Shown: one piece after another, positions 26,675 to 39,600 of the stretch | Layout of the letters: every line of letters begins with the position of its first letter | Position numbering within the stretch: the stretch's first letter is position 1 | Assembly (NCBI GenBank): GCA_000320545.1 | Contig: ADNK01001423.1 | Span: forward strand, 1 to 64,000 | Direction of reading: 5' to 3' | Length of the DNA stretch: 64,000 nt | DNA from: Bigelowiella natans CCMP2755 | Taxonomy: Eukaryota > Protista > Cercozoa | Notes under the pieces: generated by a model | Database searches by the model: none | Seen by the model: only the letters and a program-made list of their open reading frames with translations | What the model was told of the DNA's origin: nothing | Translations under genes and position numbers: made by a program

Positions 26675-27880
26675 ATGGCAGAAGGCGAACAGATAACTGA
26701 GAGAAGAAAACGACATAGCTCGAAAGAGAAATCTGGAAAGTCTCATAAGATTCCACCGTGCTCTCATCACATCAAACGGAGACATTGTAGAAAAAGAGGG
26801 CGTGAGGAAAAGAATGTTGTTCATCTTACCCGGTTGATTCACCGAGGGCCTAAATTTGAAGTATGGTCTGGTATTGGCGGTAGAAGTGCAGCGATGGCCG
26901 TCAAGTTGATCTCTCCAAAGCTTGAAGGAAAAGAAAAAATTATCAATAAAAATGTCATTAGACATGAGGCAGAGCTTCTACGTTCATTGCCTTCACATCC
27001 GCATATTATTTCATTTTATTCTTACTGTGATCAATCTACCTGGATGACAAAGACTAGCATTTACGAGACTTCTGCGCTTGTTGTCGAGCTGGGGGAATTT
27101 GATATCTTGGAAGTTCTTAAGTTTAGTAAGGGCTTCACTGAAGGGGTAGCCTATATTGTAAGCATGTCGCTTCTCTCAGCAATCAAGCACTTACATTCAG
27201 AGGGGGTAGCTCATGTTGATATAAAGCCCGAACAATTGGTTGTTACATCAAAATCAGTTGTGAAGCTAATTGACTTTGGCACTGGCTCAAGGTCGCAATT
27301 TGTAGAAAAGCCCACGGGAACAGAGGGATATCTCGCTCCTGAGATGATGAATGTCCGATATAAGAAAAGGGTAGATCTGCTAGCCGCTGATATGTGGTCT
27401 ATTGGTGTAGTCATATTCACTTTAGTGTGCGGCTTTCCACCATTTCGGGTACCAAGTTTGCAGGACCCCCTCTTTTCTCTATTCCACAAGAAAAGACGAA
27501 AATTTTGGATGTTAGTTCGTTCACGTGGAATTAAAATATCTTCTCTTGCCCAAAAATTTATCGATGATCTTTTGAAAGTTCCAACTGGTAAGCGATTAAC
27601 AGCACCAAAAGCCCTTACCCACCAATGGATGCAACGCCACCAATTACTCCAAGAACAAAATGGACGGGAGTTTCGAATTCTTCTTCAAAAATATCGATCA
27701 TCTATGAAAGGTAAGCTCAAATATCTCGATGGTAAGAAGAGTGGAAAATTAACACTGGTTCGTCAAATGTTCAAGAGGAACTGCCTCAAAAAGCGTAAAG
27801 CGGTTATGCAAAATAGTTTTGAATGTGCTCGCAACCGGCAATCTCGAAAGGTCGTACGAAGGAAATGCTCCAAGCAATAA
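26675..27880 (+). CDS. Ser/Thr protein kinase (CAMK-like fold), intronless, with an atypical catalytic loop
   Basis: MAVK, RHEAELL, HPHII, HVDIKPEQL, KLIDFG, GTEGYLAPE, DMWSIGVVIFTLVCGFPPF, KRLTA..ALTHQW. The first in-frame ATG is at 26675. Confidence 0.9.
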   Translation: MAEGEQITERRKRHSSKEKSGKSHKIPPCSHHIKRRHCRKRGREEKNVVHLTRLIHRGPKFEVWSGIGGRSAAMAVKLISPKLEGKEKIINKNVIRHEAELLRSLPSHPHIISFYSYCDQSTWMTKTSIYETSALVVELGEFDILEVLKFSKGFTEGVAYIVSMSLLSAIKHLHSEGVAHVDIKPEQLVVTSKSVVKLIDFGTGSRSQFVEKPTGTEGYLAPEMMNVRYKKRVDLLAADMWSIGVVIFTLVCGFPPFRVPSLQDPLFSLFHKKRRKFWMLVRSRGIKISSLAQKFIDDLLKVPTGKRLTAPKALTHQWMQRHQLLQEQNGREFRILLQKYRSSMKGKLKYLDGKKSGKLTLVRQMFKRNCLKKRKAVMQNSFECARNRQSRKVVRRKCSKQ

Positions 27881-28179
27881 AATCAAATTAAGTTTTAATC
27901 TTCTCAAGAAATCCTGACATTTTGCAATTTTCATTTTATTGACTTCTTCTCATGAATTAATCAACTGTCATCAGCAAATTTTCCTGAGAAAATACGATTG
28001 GCATCAAATATTATAGGAATTTCCCAATAAATGTAACAAAAATGCAGCTGTCTTGTCTGGAAGCAGACTTGCATGAGCGGCTACAGTCTGAGAATATAAG
28101 AAACAAGAAATGTGAAGTTAGGATAATTTGTTTTATTTTTAGTTGAAATGACTCAAAGGAGCTGCTGATTTCGCAGTCG

Positions 28180-28780
28180 TAGGACCCGCCATTATCGCCA
28201 TGCTAGCATGTGCTGGAATTTCTCTAGTTCTGTTTGACCAATCTAGCAATGTTGAATTGTTACGAAGTGATATCAAAGTGTACCATCATGTGGTTAAGGC
28301 AATGCTAGGATGGCTTATTTTCCCCAAGCCAACTTGTTCTCGATGTGCTCAATGCATGTGCACTCTAGCTAGCTTAGAGGCTATTCTTACATGCTAGCAT
28401 GAACAATGTGTGAGATGTCTCTGTTGTGATGAGCTAGCTAGACACTGCGATGCATATATGCATCTAATATGGAACGCCGTAGCGCACAATGAGATATTTG
28501 TGAACATTGCACGTGATTCACATCTAGCAGACATGCTAGCATGGCTAGATGGTAGCATAGGCGTAAAAGGTTTGTCGCATCACACCCTCTGATGATAGGC
28601 AGATAGGCCTAGAGAATGCAACGTAGATAGTGCCAACGATACTAGTAAGTATTCGCAGTATGGCATAACGCCATAATCAGCTCGTCATGCTTATTCTAGT
28701 ATTACATAGCAGCATCATATCCCCACATAATAAGCACACGCTAGCGTAGCATGCTAGCATGTTATGTGTTTACATCAATC
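28180..28780. other. Palindrome-rich convergent spacer (kinase / hydrolase)
   Basis: CATGCTAGCATG at 28199, 28390, 28532 and 28750, plus ctagctag, gatgcatatatgcatc and others. Confidence 0.8.
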
Positions 28781-28935
28781 AACGGGAAGACGAATATTCA
28801 CGTCGGCAAATACATTCGTCTAGTCAATGCATACCAGTTTATCCACAAAGTAACGCACGGAACGTGCGTCCTACTATCTAAAATAGGTGAACACGAAAAA
28901 CGTCCATCTTCCTCAAAGATCTTTTCTGCTCGTTT

Positions 28936-31201
28936 TTACACAACTGTTGAATGTTTTGTCGCTTTGCTCTCTCTTTCTTTCTTTCTCTCAACGCTATTTC
29001 GTTGCCAAATTCGGATGAGCTCTTCGTAGTTTCTCATAAATTCGCTGGGCAACTCCTCATGCGGAACATGCCCACAACGCTTTATCCGACACACTCTGAC
29101 TCCTTCTCCTGAACTCGTCGCTTTTTGCCCTTGCTTCTGCTCTATGGCATCACCACGTATTCGCTGGAGACTGGACTCGAGTCTCGTTGAGTTTGAGATC
29201 GGAACAATCTTGTCCTTCTCGCCGTGAATTATGCCGACAGGGCATGTTAGGCTGGCTAGATGTGCAGGACCGATCTTGAGCGGCTCAGCGCGCGAAAGTT
29301 CTATAAGCGCTGCGTGCCAGTTTCGGACTTTGACCAGTTGCTGGTAGTGTTGAAGAGCCTCTTTGGGTATCTTCCTTTTGTCAAACCAAGCTTTTCGCAA
29401 CACAAGCTCACCGATCTGTGAACGCACTAGCGCTACAAGGAGTTCCTTCATCACTGAGGTCCTTAGAACGTCGCGGATGAGCTTCGGAAATGGGTCCATA
29501 AAGACCATTGGTGAAATGAGCGTTAGCATTGATACCCTAGAAGGGTACAATGTAGCGGCGTAAACCGCCAGGCAACCTCCCATGCCATGTCCCACCATCC
29601 TGCAAGACGAGATGCCGAGTTTATCCAACACCGCGAATAACAACTGGCACGCATATTTCTGCGAAAACGGATTTGAGGCCATGCGAGCAGCACCGATCTG
29701 AAACAGTAGTTGTAATGGAAGAGGGAGGGTAGGAAAATTCGTCTTTAAATATCATCTTGGATGTGCTTGATCTTTGTGTTCCGAGCGATACGTGTAGTGA
29801 ATGAGATGAGAATAGGGAGAATAAAAGGAATAATGGGAAGTGGAGCATGCAGTTTACAGCTGGATCATCTTTTTAAAATATAAGGTTCTACAATACCGCT
29901 CTCCTTGTGGTATTCGTTTCCTTTCTCATCTACGTATTACCGGTCTGCTTGTGAGGCCTGCACCAGGCATATCTAACGCCAGTAAACATGAGCAACCCTT
30001 CTGTAGTGGCTGCCAAACCTAAGAACCAGGACCCAGATAAAGCAGAAATATGTGGGAAAACCGAGGGAGGCCGTGACGAAGGACGATGGTTGATATTTTC
30101 AAACTAGGCTCGACACAGCACAAACGCACACATTTACATAATAATCAAAATCTCATATCATATGAGTTTATTGAAATTTCGTATTAGTAAAAATATAATT
30201 TTTATAGCAACCTCACGCCAAGTGTACGTGCTCCCTCCGAATCCGTGCAACAAAACTGTAGTAGCGGCAGAAGAACTGGTGTCATTCTTCGAGTCCTCCT
30301 CCATACCCTCGGCACGCCATAGCTTGTAGTGTAAACGCACATCCATAATATCCATAAACAAGCTATCACCATCTTTCAAGCTCTCCGGTTCAATACCTCC
30401 CCCGTCCTTAAAAGTATGTTCGGTCTCCACATAAGCCATGTGGTCCTGCTTTGCCTCTGCTCCAGGTGTTGGAATAGACTTTTCACATTGGGAATTCTCT
30501 TCTCCGATCTCGATTTCAGCATCAGAATATTCATCACCGAGTTGCTGCATCCTTGTACCATCGCTTCCACCTTCGAAACCGAAATCAATACTTTTACCTT
30601 TAATCCGTCGCCTCCTGAAAGCAAGAAAGAGCACGATCTGTGCTACGCTTATGAGAACACCAAATAAAGCCACCGCCACAGTGGCTGTCTCATTGTTTGC
30701 CCAAAGATACAGCAGCTTTACAAGCAAGTACATCACGCTGACGGCGAATGTAACGGAAGCAATGTGTAGTGCGCGCACAGTCTTGCTTCGATTATACTCA
30801 AAACACCAATACTGGATCGAAGCTCTAATAAGCGACAAAACCATCACATCAACCCCCGTGGTACCGAAGCTTCCAGAAAACTGCATGCTTGCCCAATTGT
30901 CATCCGCATCCCGAGCAAAACACCATAAGAATATAGTAATAAAAGGATCTACGATGCATGCGAGCCGTGGGAGCGAAATTCCAACTATTGAGCAGATACA
31001 GCACCAAAGGAACCAGCAGTGAGTCCCTGTGCGCTCGCAGCAACCATCCGCCTCACAGCAGCTCATTGTAGTATCTATTTTCTTATTAAACGCTTCGTGG
31101 AATAATCCGCTAATGCCATCATCATTTTCATCGTTCTCTTTGTGGCGTGGAAGTGGTATTGGGGAGACAGGCTCGAATTTGTCTTGCCTCCTGTCGCTCA
31201 T
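28936..31201 (-). CDS. Alpha/beta-hydrolase-fold protein with an N-terminal multi-pass membrane (MENTAL-like) region
   Basis: Hydrophobic helices (GVDVMVLSLIR..VSVMYLLVKLL), then VLLHGFGGSTYTWRE|VWQPL..ALDMPGAGLTSRP|..NPFS..VGHGMGG..HGEKDKIVP..CGHVPHEE. The layout resembles plant membrane-anchored alpha/beta-hydrolases. Confidence 0.88.
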
Positions 31202-32234
31202 GATCCGCGTACTGCTTGTTGTGATGCTGGCGACAAGCTATGGGAAAAGATAATATAGCAATGGGAGTGCCTATAGAAAATCTCGTCGAAGGGGAGGGTC
31301 GTAAGTGGGAGGATCTAGTGGAGGAAGGCAAGCGACAATGCTCTAACTGCTCCTCCTCCTTCTCCTCCTCCTCCTCCTCGGATGATTGGACTTTGCTCCT
31401 CGATACCGGTCGTGGTGTAAACGAGCCGAGCTAAATTACACCTTTCCTCCAATTTTGATATCTACATTAGATTATAAGGTGATAAGGCAAGTAAATTAGT
31501 GAAAGCTCTATCCGTTGTGGAAAGCTACACAGTAACACATGGAATTGCAAGCGCATCTGCGCCCAAGAGCCACATCGTCATCACTACCCAACTTCATCAT
31601 ATTAGGCACATATATAATTGTCTATTGCATTGCAATTGTCAGTAGTAAACGTTGTGTTGACCGTGAGCACCTCCTGCGCTTTGGCGATTAGGTGGAAGGG
31701 GATGCAATAATACGTCAAGTAATGAGAGACAAAGAGGGGCAAACACGTACAATTACATCGAAGAATCTTTAAAAATACATGCTGAATTAGTGCATTGTAC
31801 ACTGTTCTTTCATGTCGTACAAAATTATAAAACTTACACCAACATCGATCATAAAGGTCGCAAATCTGAAAAGCAGGCACCGACGTGATCATTTTCACTC
31901 CACGGATATTCGGAATTTTTCCTTTATTTATCATGTCGCATGAAGAAGACGGAACGTGTTATAGCTGCTTCTAGACGACGTACCTATCCTTCGAAGTGAG
32001 TAAGTCATATCTGCTATGAATTCTTCCTAAAATTGCCTTGTTTTAAGCTAAAAAGCAAGGCTAGATCTATTTCTGTACAAAGAAAGAAAGACGACTAATA
32101 ATCTTCTTCTTCGGTTCCGAGTCGCCACCCTGTCATCGGAACCTAGACTAGACCGACGAGTAGCTAGCCAGCCACACTGCTTTTCTCAAGGGAAGGGGAT
32201 CAGTAGTAGCAGGTTTGATGTTGGGGTGAAAGCA

Positions 32235-32977
32235 ATGCCTAAAGCAAAGATTGAGGTCATCGGTGCCAGGGGTTTGACTCACAAGAGCGGGCAGTGGACC
32301 GCTTTTGCAACGGTATTATTCGAGAGTTCATCAAAAATGGAGACTGTTCGTTTTGGTGTTCTTGCCGTTCCTCTGTCAGCTTGTTACAATAAAACTAAAC
32401 ACCAGGTGAGCCTTTGTGGAAGCGTGAAGATAACTCGACGTGTCGTCGGACAGTAAGATTTTTCCATGTTAAAACCTCAATTTGAGCATTTGTGTAAGGG
32501 TACTCCACATAATTAGGGTATCACCTGAATGGAAGGAAAAATTCGAATTTGCAATACCCAAGGTCTTTCTCACATTTGACATCGTGAAGGATAGTCTATT
32601 CTTAATGCAGCAGCTGTTTGTTTCGTATTTAATTAACACCCTATTTCAAACTATTCTTTCTATTGTAGCTCACGCTTTTTTGTTTCCATCAGATCGAGGA
32701 AGCGAAAGTCCATTTGGCTATTTGGCAGCAAAGGAAAGGGAAGAGGGCCGTTCTTCGTGGCCAAACTGAGGTAATATGCAGCCTCGAAGCTAGGCTCGAT
32801 AATTGTTTATTCCCGGGGAAGAGAACGATCGACAATAAATATGTTCTTTTCTTGAATCATTTCACTCTTCCTTCCATATAAGATCGACCTCAACCAGCCA
32901 AAGTGGGGAGCTCGTGCAAGGCGAGGGTGGTAAGAATGCTAATGATTATGTTGGCTGCTGCAGTGATAATGAGAATG

Positions 32978-33008
<31 letters not shown>

Positions 33009-35740
33009 TCTTGTAAGACTCGCTTCTGAAGTGAACAGTTCCATTCTCATTAGGTACGACCTCGAAAGTAACAAAGGCGCGATCGAGATTAAAGTAGTCG
33101 TTGTGGGGAAACAAAAGGGATCCACGCGTCGAAGAAGTTCCATACCTCCTACTGCAAAGGTGCTTTCTCTCTCTTCTCGAAGAGCGAATTCACCACAAAC
33201 GCAAGCTAAGGCCGCACCAAGGTTTGAAATAATATATCGGAAAATACGAAAACAATATGAAAATATTTCTTAATTATTATGGTGCTCTTTCTAACAAAAG
33301 AGATGTGGACGTAGCCAAGGATGTTGCGAAAAACGCTAAAGTTTCAACTGAGGAAAAACGGAAACAACCTATTGCAGAGCTATGTAGCACACTTGAAAAC
33401 AAGAACATTTATTTGGAGCAAAGCAGCAAAAGCAGCAGCTTACATCATGTAGAAGACTCACCTCCTCCTCCTTCTCCTCCTCATCCTCCTATGGATAAGC
33501 TTCAGGATGAGACAACGACCTTTATTGTAGAGAACTGCAGGTCTGAAAATGTGAGTTCAACGTCAAGTCCAGCTGCCAGTCCCCAAAAATATGATGGTGG
33601 TAAAATAGATTCTTCTTCGACTCCTCGTTCGGAGAACCTGTCAATTATTGGATTGCCCCATGAAATGGCGGCAAACATCAGAAGTGGATCGTCATCCATC
33701 AAAGCTACAGAAGAAGAAGAAGAAGAAGAAGAAGAAGAAGAAGAAGAAAAAGAGGAGGTGCACAAAACGCCGCAGCGGCAGCCTCAATTTGACCTCTCAA
33801 ATATTGAGGATGATAACAATATCGGTGCTGCTGGTGGAGGTGGTGGTGGTGCTGCTGCTGCTGGTGGTGGTGTGCAATTCCCAGCAACCAACGATTTCCT
33901 TCACAGCTTTGTCGCAGGGCAACATCCCAACAAGGGTTTCGACTCCCCCCAAATCACAACTCCATACATTGATGATGAAGGATCTCAAGGGAGAGAAATC
34001 TCACGTAGCCAAGGCGATTTTACCCAGAGCCTCTTAGATTCTTCTTCTTCTCCACGTGCGTGCGTTAGGAGGCACAGCAGAGATTTTGATAGAGAACAAC
34101 CACTCTCCTCGCCGGAGGGCAGTCCACGCAACAGCACTACTAACAACTCCATCAGTACTGGTCTTGAAGCTACTATCAGCGCGGATTATGCGGATGATGA
34201 TGCACAGAGGGGTATGAATTCCTACTACCACTATTACAATAGCACAGATCATCATCATTTTACTTCTAAAGAGCAGCCTCATCCTCATACAATTACTGGT
34301 CATCTAGAAGATTCACAGCTTGCAGAAACTTCATATGCCTCCATTCTTGCGAGCTCGGGAGTTGGGGTGTTTCTTGACCCAGATCTCCTGAATCACAACA
34401 ATGCTACGCGAATACTAGAAGAGTATCTTCCTGATATCATCGCAGATAGCAAAGATTCGAGGGCCAGTCAAGATAATCGTGATGGCGACCATATCATCAG
34501 TCGTCTTGGTAATGAAATGAGAGCCAACGTCTCTACTTCGCTGACCTCCCCTGCGCGCCCTACAACGAGAGGGTCGCAGAACACAACATTCACAGTATAT
34601 GAATACAAAAATGGACATCCATATCCCTTCCGGATAAATGACGGGCGACGAGATATTCCAAGCAATATGTACCTTGAGGAAGAGCCAAATTTTACCCATC
34701 ATATTCTTGATAGTGCGAGTGAGAATGAGACTGCATACCTTCGACGTTCCTCTTTAATTCTACACCAGAAAAGAAAAGATGAAGAGAAATGGGAAGGGTT
34801 GCATCATAACCACAGCCGAAATCAAAGAAAATGGAAGGTAAGCTAATTTTAATTTTGTTATTTGAAATAATCGTCCGATGGAAATTTTATGAAAGATTCT
34901 GTGTGGATTGATCGCAACTATCTAACTAGAAAGGAAATGAATGCATGCTTGATAATAGGAAAGTTTAAGGCAAAAAGACAATAGAAGAAATTTATCGGAA
35001 TCAAGGCTGAAGGTCATTTTAGCCGGAAAGACAGATGAGCACAGAGTGAAATTGAGAACTCCCGGGTAAATGAAGTTATTGCTACTTCTCATGAGTATTT
35101 ATTTTTTATATTTATTGAGCTCAATCTTGTAATTTCATCTAAAGGTGTGCTGAGGCTATTCAACGGATGAGAAAAGCTCATCGTAACCGTGTACACGTTA
35201 AGGTATTCTCTTCGGAAAAAGCATTTTTTCGTCTATGTTGTGTAACTCGCAAGTAATCATGATTCCTTCCTTTTTCAACAGACACATTATGAAAAAGAGG
35301 CGGCAAAGCTCCAACAGTCATGGCAAAAGAGAAGGCAAAAAAATATAAAGGAAAATAATGAAATGAGAAAGTTGAGTTACGATTGTCAGAAAGACTCAAG
35401 GGTGGGGACTTCATCTTCGGCAGCTATGGGTTCAGCGCTATCACACAAAGAAGAAATGCGTACAAACATCAAAGATGGTAGACAAATAATAAAGAACTAT
35501 GCAGGGAGGAGGCACGAGAAAGGATCGGTTTACTTAGATATACAAATACCAGTCACAGGGCAAGAAGTGCGCATTGCCCTACTGGAAAATGTTCAACCTG
35601 AAGAGCTTGCTCAGAAATTAGGAACGGAGTACAATCTCAGCAACGACATAATATTGAGGCTGCAACATGAGATTCGAGCACAAATTGCTCTTTTAGGACA
35701 ACTACCGATATCTGAGAAGTCGGATGAGTGCGACAACTAA
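32235..35740 (+). CDS. C2-domain protein with a long disordered middle region
   Basis: Spliced N-terminus: KIEVIGARGL..FATVLF..|VSPEWKEKFEFAIPK|IEEAKVHLAIWQQ..LRGQTE|IDL..|YDLESNKGAIEIKVVV (C2 pattern). A long S/P/E-rich exon follows. The terminal exon (VYLDIQIP..PEELAQKLGTEYNL) ends at TAA 35740. Confidence 0.75.
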
Positions 35741-35819
35741 ACCATGTGCGCAACGAAACTTAATATCATCCTTGTTAATGAGCATTGTACATTTTCACTA
35801 AATTGGGCATGGTGAACTG

Positions 35820-36620
35820 GAGCGCCTTGAGTAGATCTAGATATTGCATAGCTACATTAGGATGACTATTGAAAAGATTTAATCATATCATTACATCCGT
35901 CTCATAATGTGCGCATGCGAAGAGAATTATCGAGCTTCGTAGGAGTACGCCGCGTACTCTTCTATCATCTATTCGGCAAAAGCTACGAGCGAGCATGGGC
36001 CTACATTTTGCGACATGCTAGCATGCTTCTCAGGCTGTTACGTTATTCATTAGACACTGCTAGCTCTCGCTGGCTGGCTTCTGGCTTGCATGGCTCACTA
36101 CAACATGTCTTTTTGGTGCATGTGTGTGCATCGCTATATAGCTAGATCGCACAACAGCCCGTGCTCCGTTTGCCATGCTAGCATGGCTAGACAGGCTAGC
36201 AGCAGGCTGATTATGCTGAGGCTGGCGTGAGCATATTCGCCAAGTTCACATCACTTCTTCAAGCAGTGTAGCCATGCTAGCATGTCTAGCAGATGCTGCA
36301 CGTGCTTCATGCTGCTAGCTAGCTAGCTAGCATGCCCACAGCACAGCTTGGGCTGACGTACGCATGCTATCATGCGCTTCCAGTCAAGCTAGCAATAGGC
36401 TCTATAGGATAGCTCTCATCTTGTCATTTATATTTGCTGCATGCTGCATGACAGACTGCGCCGATTTATATAACATTTTGCAACGCAAGGCCACAGAGCG
36501 AGAGGCAGCTAGCGCGGATGATAGAAAAGCACGACTAGATGTGACATGCAATGCTAGAATGGCCACATTGCAAATTACCGATGAATAATAGAAAGAATAC
36601 GTGTGCGCACAAGCTGTGAA
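35820..36620. other. Palindrome-rich convergent spacer (C2 protein / importin-11)
   Basis: CATGCTAGCATG at 36014, 36174 and 36273, a (GCTA)n run at ~36314-36331, and element copy C. Confidence 0.8.
35851..35906 (+). repeat. Copy C of the dispersed element
   Basis: gctacattaggatgactattgaaaagatttaatcatatcattacatccgtctcata. Confidence 0.85.
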
Positions 36621-36675
36621 TTATGTCTACTCGAGTGTGGACTCTTGGGCAAGCAAAGGTTGTCCATCGTTTCCT

Positions 36676-39600
36676 TCAGGAGAATGGTGCCTTGATCAAT
36701 TTGTCAATACTGTTCCAAAGCTGCCCAAATTTCTGTTGTCCCAATCGATTAGATATTTTTTTAAGTGCCTCGATTGTCGCTCCTCTAACTTTTATCTTAA
36801 GGGCTGGGTCGTTGGAGATGAGAATGAGTTTTCGGTGACTTTCTATCCTTTGCTTCTCAGGAATCTGTCTGACAGCAGAGAAGTCAGGAATGTAGTTTTT
36901 GGTTTCACCGGCTGCCTCCTCCGCCACTACTCCACCACAATAGGCGAGAACGGCGGCGAGATGAGCGCCCACAAGCCGATCGCTAGGAATGTCCATAAGG
37001 CACTTAAGCATCGCTAGTGCCGCTACACGCCGTTTGTACAGCTCCCAGGAATCACCAAGCCGATCAAGCCAGATTCCTATTATGGTTCCCAGTACTTGTA
37101 CCACCTTTTCGTTGCTCCCCGCTACTTGTTTACCGATCAGATCTATGATCCCTTTAGTGTCTTGGAACAACAATCGTGTGAGAAGACGTGAGTAGACTCG
37201 CAGTGTCTTGTCATTCGATATCCCTACTACTACCCCCCTAGGTGCGTTATTTTTCCTCTCTCCGCTTGCTGCTGCTGCTGAATCTAGTAACGCCTTAATG
37301 ATGGTAGAGATCATTGGCTCCATGACTTTCGTGAATTGACAGGGCAATCTTTCAGCCAAGTGCTCGATATTTTTTACCACCATGACGCGACCTTCGTCCC
37401 TTACATCTGCGAAGAGTCGGCACAAGGAGTTCTTCAACAGGTCGCCATGCTTATTCAGAAAGGCGGGTGTAGCAAGCAAAATATATGAGTTGACGACGGG
37501 CAAAGAAGCCATCATGATGTCTATGCCGGTGGTGACGTGGTGTGGCCAGGCGGCGAAAAGATTCGTCAGATCCTGACTTAGAGAAGGCGTGTTCTGTAGT
37601 ATCTCGTGCCATAATTCCATGGCAAACCTGAGTTCATTATATTTCTATTAGAGACGCAGCAACGGAATATGTTATGAGTAATAATGACAAAGATGTTTGA
37701 CAAAGAGAGGACATGTACGACACCAATGGCAACGATGACTACCACTACTACTACTACTACTACTACAACAAATTACTACTACTACTACGACGACGACGAC
37801 GACGACGATGAGACAATACTCGATAAGATAGGCTCGGTTTGCCCTTGGATCGAGTGAGTGGTGCAGTACGGTCATGAGAAATGGGTGAAGTCTCACACTT
37901 TCCCATTCGAGAGCACTGACAATAGCCTTGAGTATCATGATGATGATAGGCCTGAGCTCATCTGGATCTCCACACCGCTTCCATAATTCAGGCAGAAACT
38001 TCATCAGCATGGCTACGATTGGCTTGACGTACGTTCCTACAGCCTCAACTATTATCCGGAGTGTCTCTGCCACCTTCTGTCGTGCTTGAAGTGTACGGCA
38101 GTCGGTGATAAGACCAAGAAGCTGTGCTACATGACCTTGTAGAAATTCCCTGCAATAGCCCTCAAGCCCGTCCTTGAATGCGAAGTCGTTGACCAGCGAT
38201 TGGAGGCAGTTGGCGCCCATCAATCTCACTACTGCATCGGTGGATTTTAGTGCACTGCTAACGATGGAATATCTAATCGAACGTAGAACATAAGATAAGG
38301 AGCAAAGGAAAGAAGAGTACGGTTAGTTTGCCTCACGTTTTTGTTGTACTCTACATGTGTAACATTCTATCTGTTTGGTTTTGGTGAGTGTTGCATGTGT
38401 CTCGGTATGCTGCGTCGTTGTTGTCAGCATCATCCATCATGGTCATCATAAGAAGCTGCTTTACGTACGCGGAGGGCCTCATCTGTGGTTTGACTTGATC
38501 CACCCACTCTCCTAAACACCAAACAGCCCTGGCACGCACTATAATGCCCTCATTTTTCCGATCTGATGATGATGCGACTATGCCGCCACTAACAGCATCC
38601 CTTAGCAAGGCTTTTTTGTACCACTCTTCAAATGGTGCCCGATGCTGCTTTTCTAGTCGCTCAGACACTATGAAACTCACAGCGCCGAGGGCTTGATAAA
38701 GCGCACTCTTTGTGAGCGCATTTTCGAGGGTATTGTTTGCCATTTTATTGGCGATTAGCTTCTTGAGAGCTTCAAACAACATCGGGCAAATGATATCAGG
38801 AAACACGCTGGTGAGCCGTCCAAACAGATTTTCGGCCGCCTTACCAGGATGCTCGTCGTATCTCACATTCTCAACTTCTAAGAAGTACTCCTCGCCATCA
38901 GAGTTCCACTCTTCTATCTCGGAAGGCTGCAACATCATCAGACGGTACAGGGTTATATTCGCAAGCGTTACTACAAACTTCGGTCCGAAAATCTCTCGTA
39001 GGATGTTTCTGGCACGCTCTGCAGCTTTGGGGTCTGCTTGAAAGCCTGTTTTATTATTGACGATGATATTAGTGATGGTAATGATAGCCGCAGAAACACG
39101 CTATTGGTTAAAGATAAGATATTTTGACATAAAATGACGAGCTGTCTGCATAAAGAAGAAGAAGAAGAAGAAGAAGATTAAGGAGAAGAAAGAGAAGATA
39201 GAGAAGAAAAAAAGTGTGGGGCAGAGGAGGAGCAGATGGAGAAATCACTGCGAAGAGAATCAAGCCGATGATTGCTCTTGTGATCCACTTTGTGTCCACG
39301 TCATCTTGCTGATAATCGATTTCCGTCTCTGTCTGTGACACTAGTATAATACCTACGCTCGCGTTGAAGACAATAGCAACAGCCTCACCGAATTTCGTAT
39401 ACCTTGAAGAAATACATACGGGAAAAAATGTCTGAAACCATCACCATCATCTCCAACTGATGGAATGAGAAACATCATTAGTATCCATTCTTCAAAATCT
39501 TACTGTGGGGAGGAGAGGATAGTAGAGAAGAATGTGATAGCTTGCGTCGTCTGCTTCTCGAATATCAATTCTCGATTAGAACTGAATGGCTTCGTAAGTG

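Noticed and set aside
28199-28761. CRISPR-like array from the recurring palindrome
   Set aside because: The repeats are only 12 bp with irregular 100-220 bp spacing, the context is eukaryotic, and there are no cas genes.
35851-35912. Dispersed element as a SECIS (ATGA...AAA hairpin)
   Set aside because: The stem between ATGA and the A-run is too short, there is no correctly placed 3' GA, orientation varies relative to genes, and no adjacent gene shows an in-frame Sec TGA.
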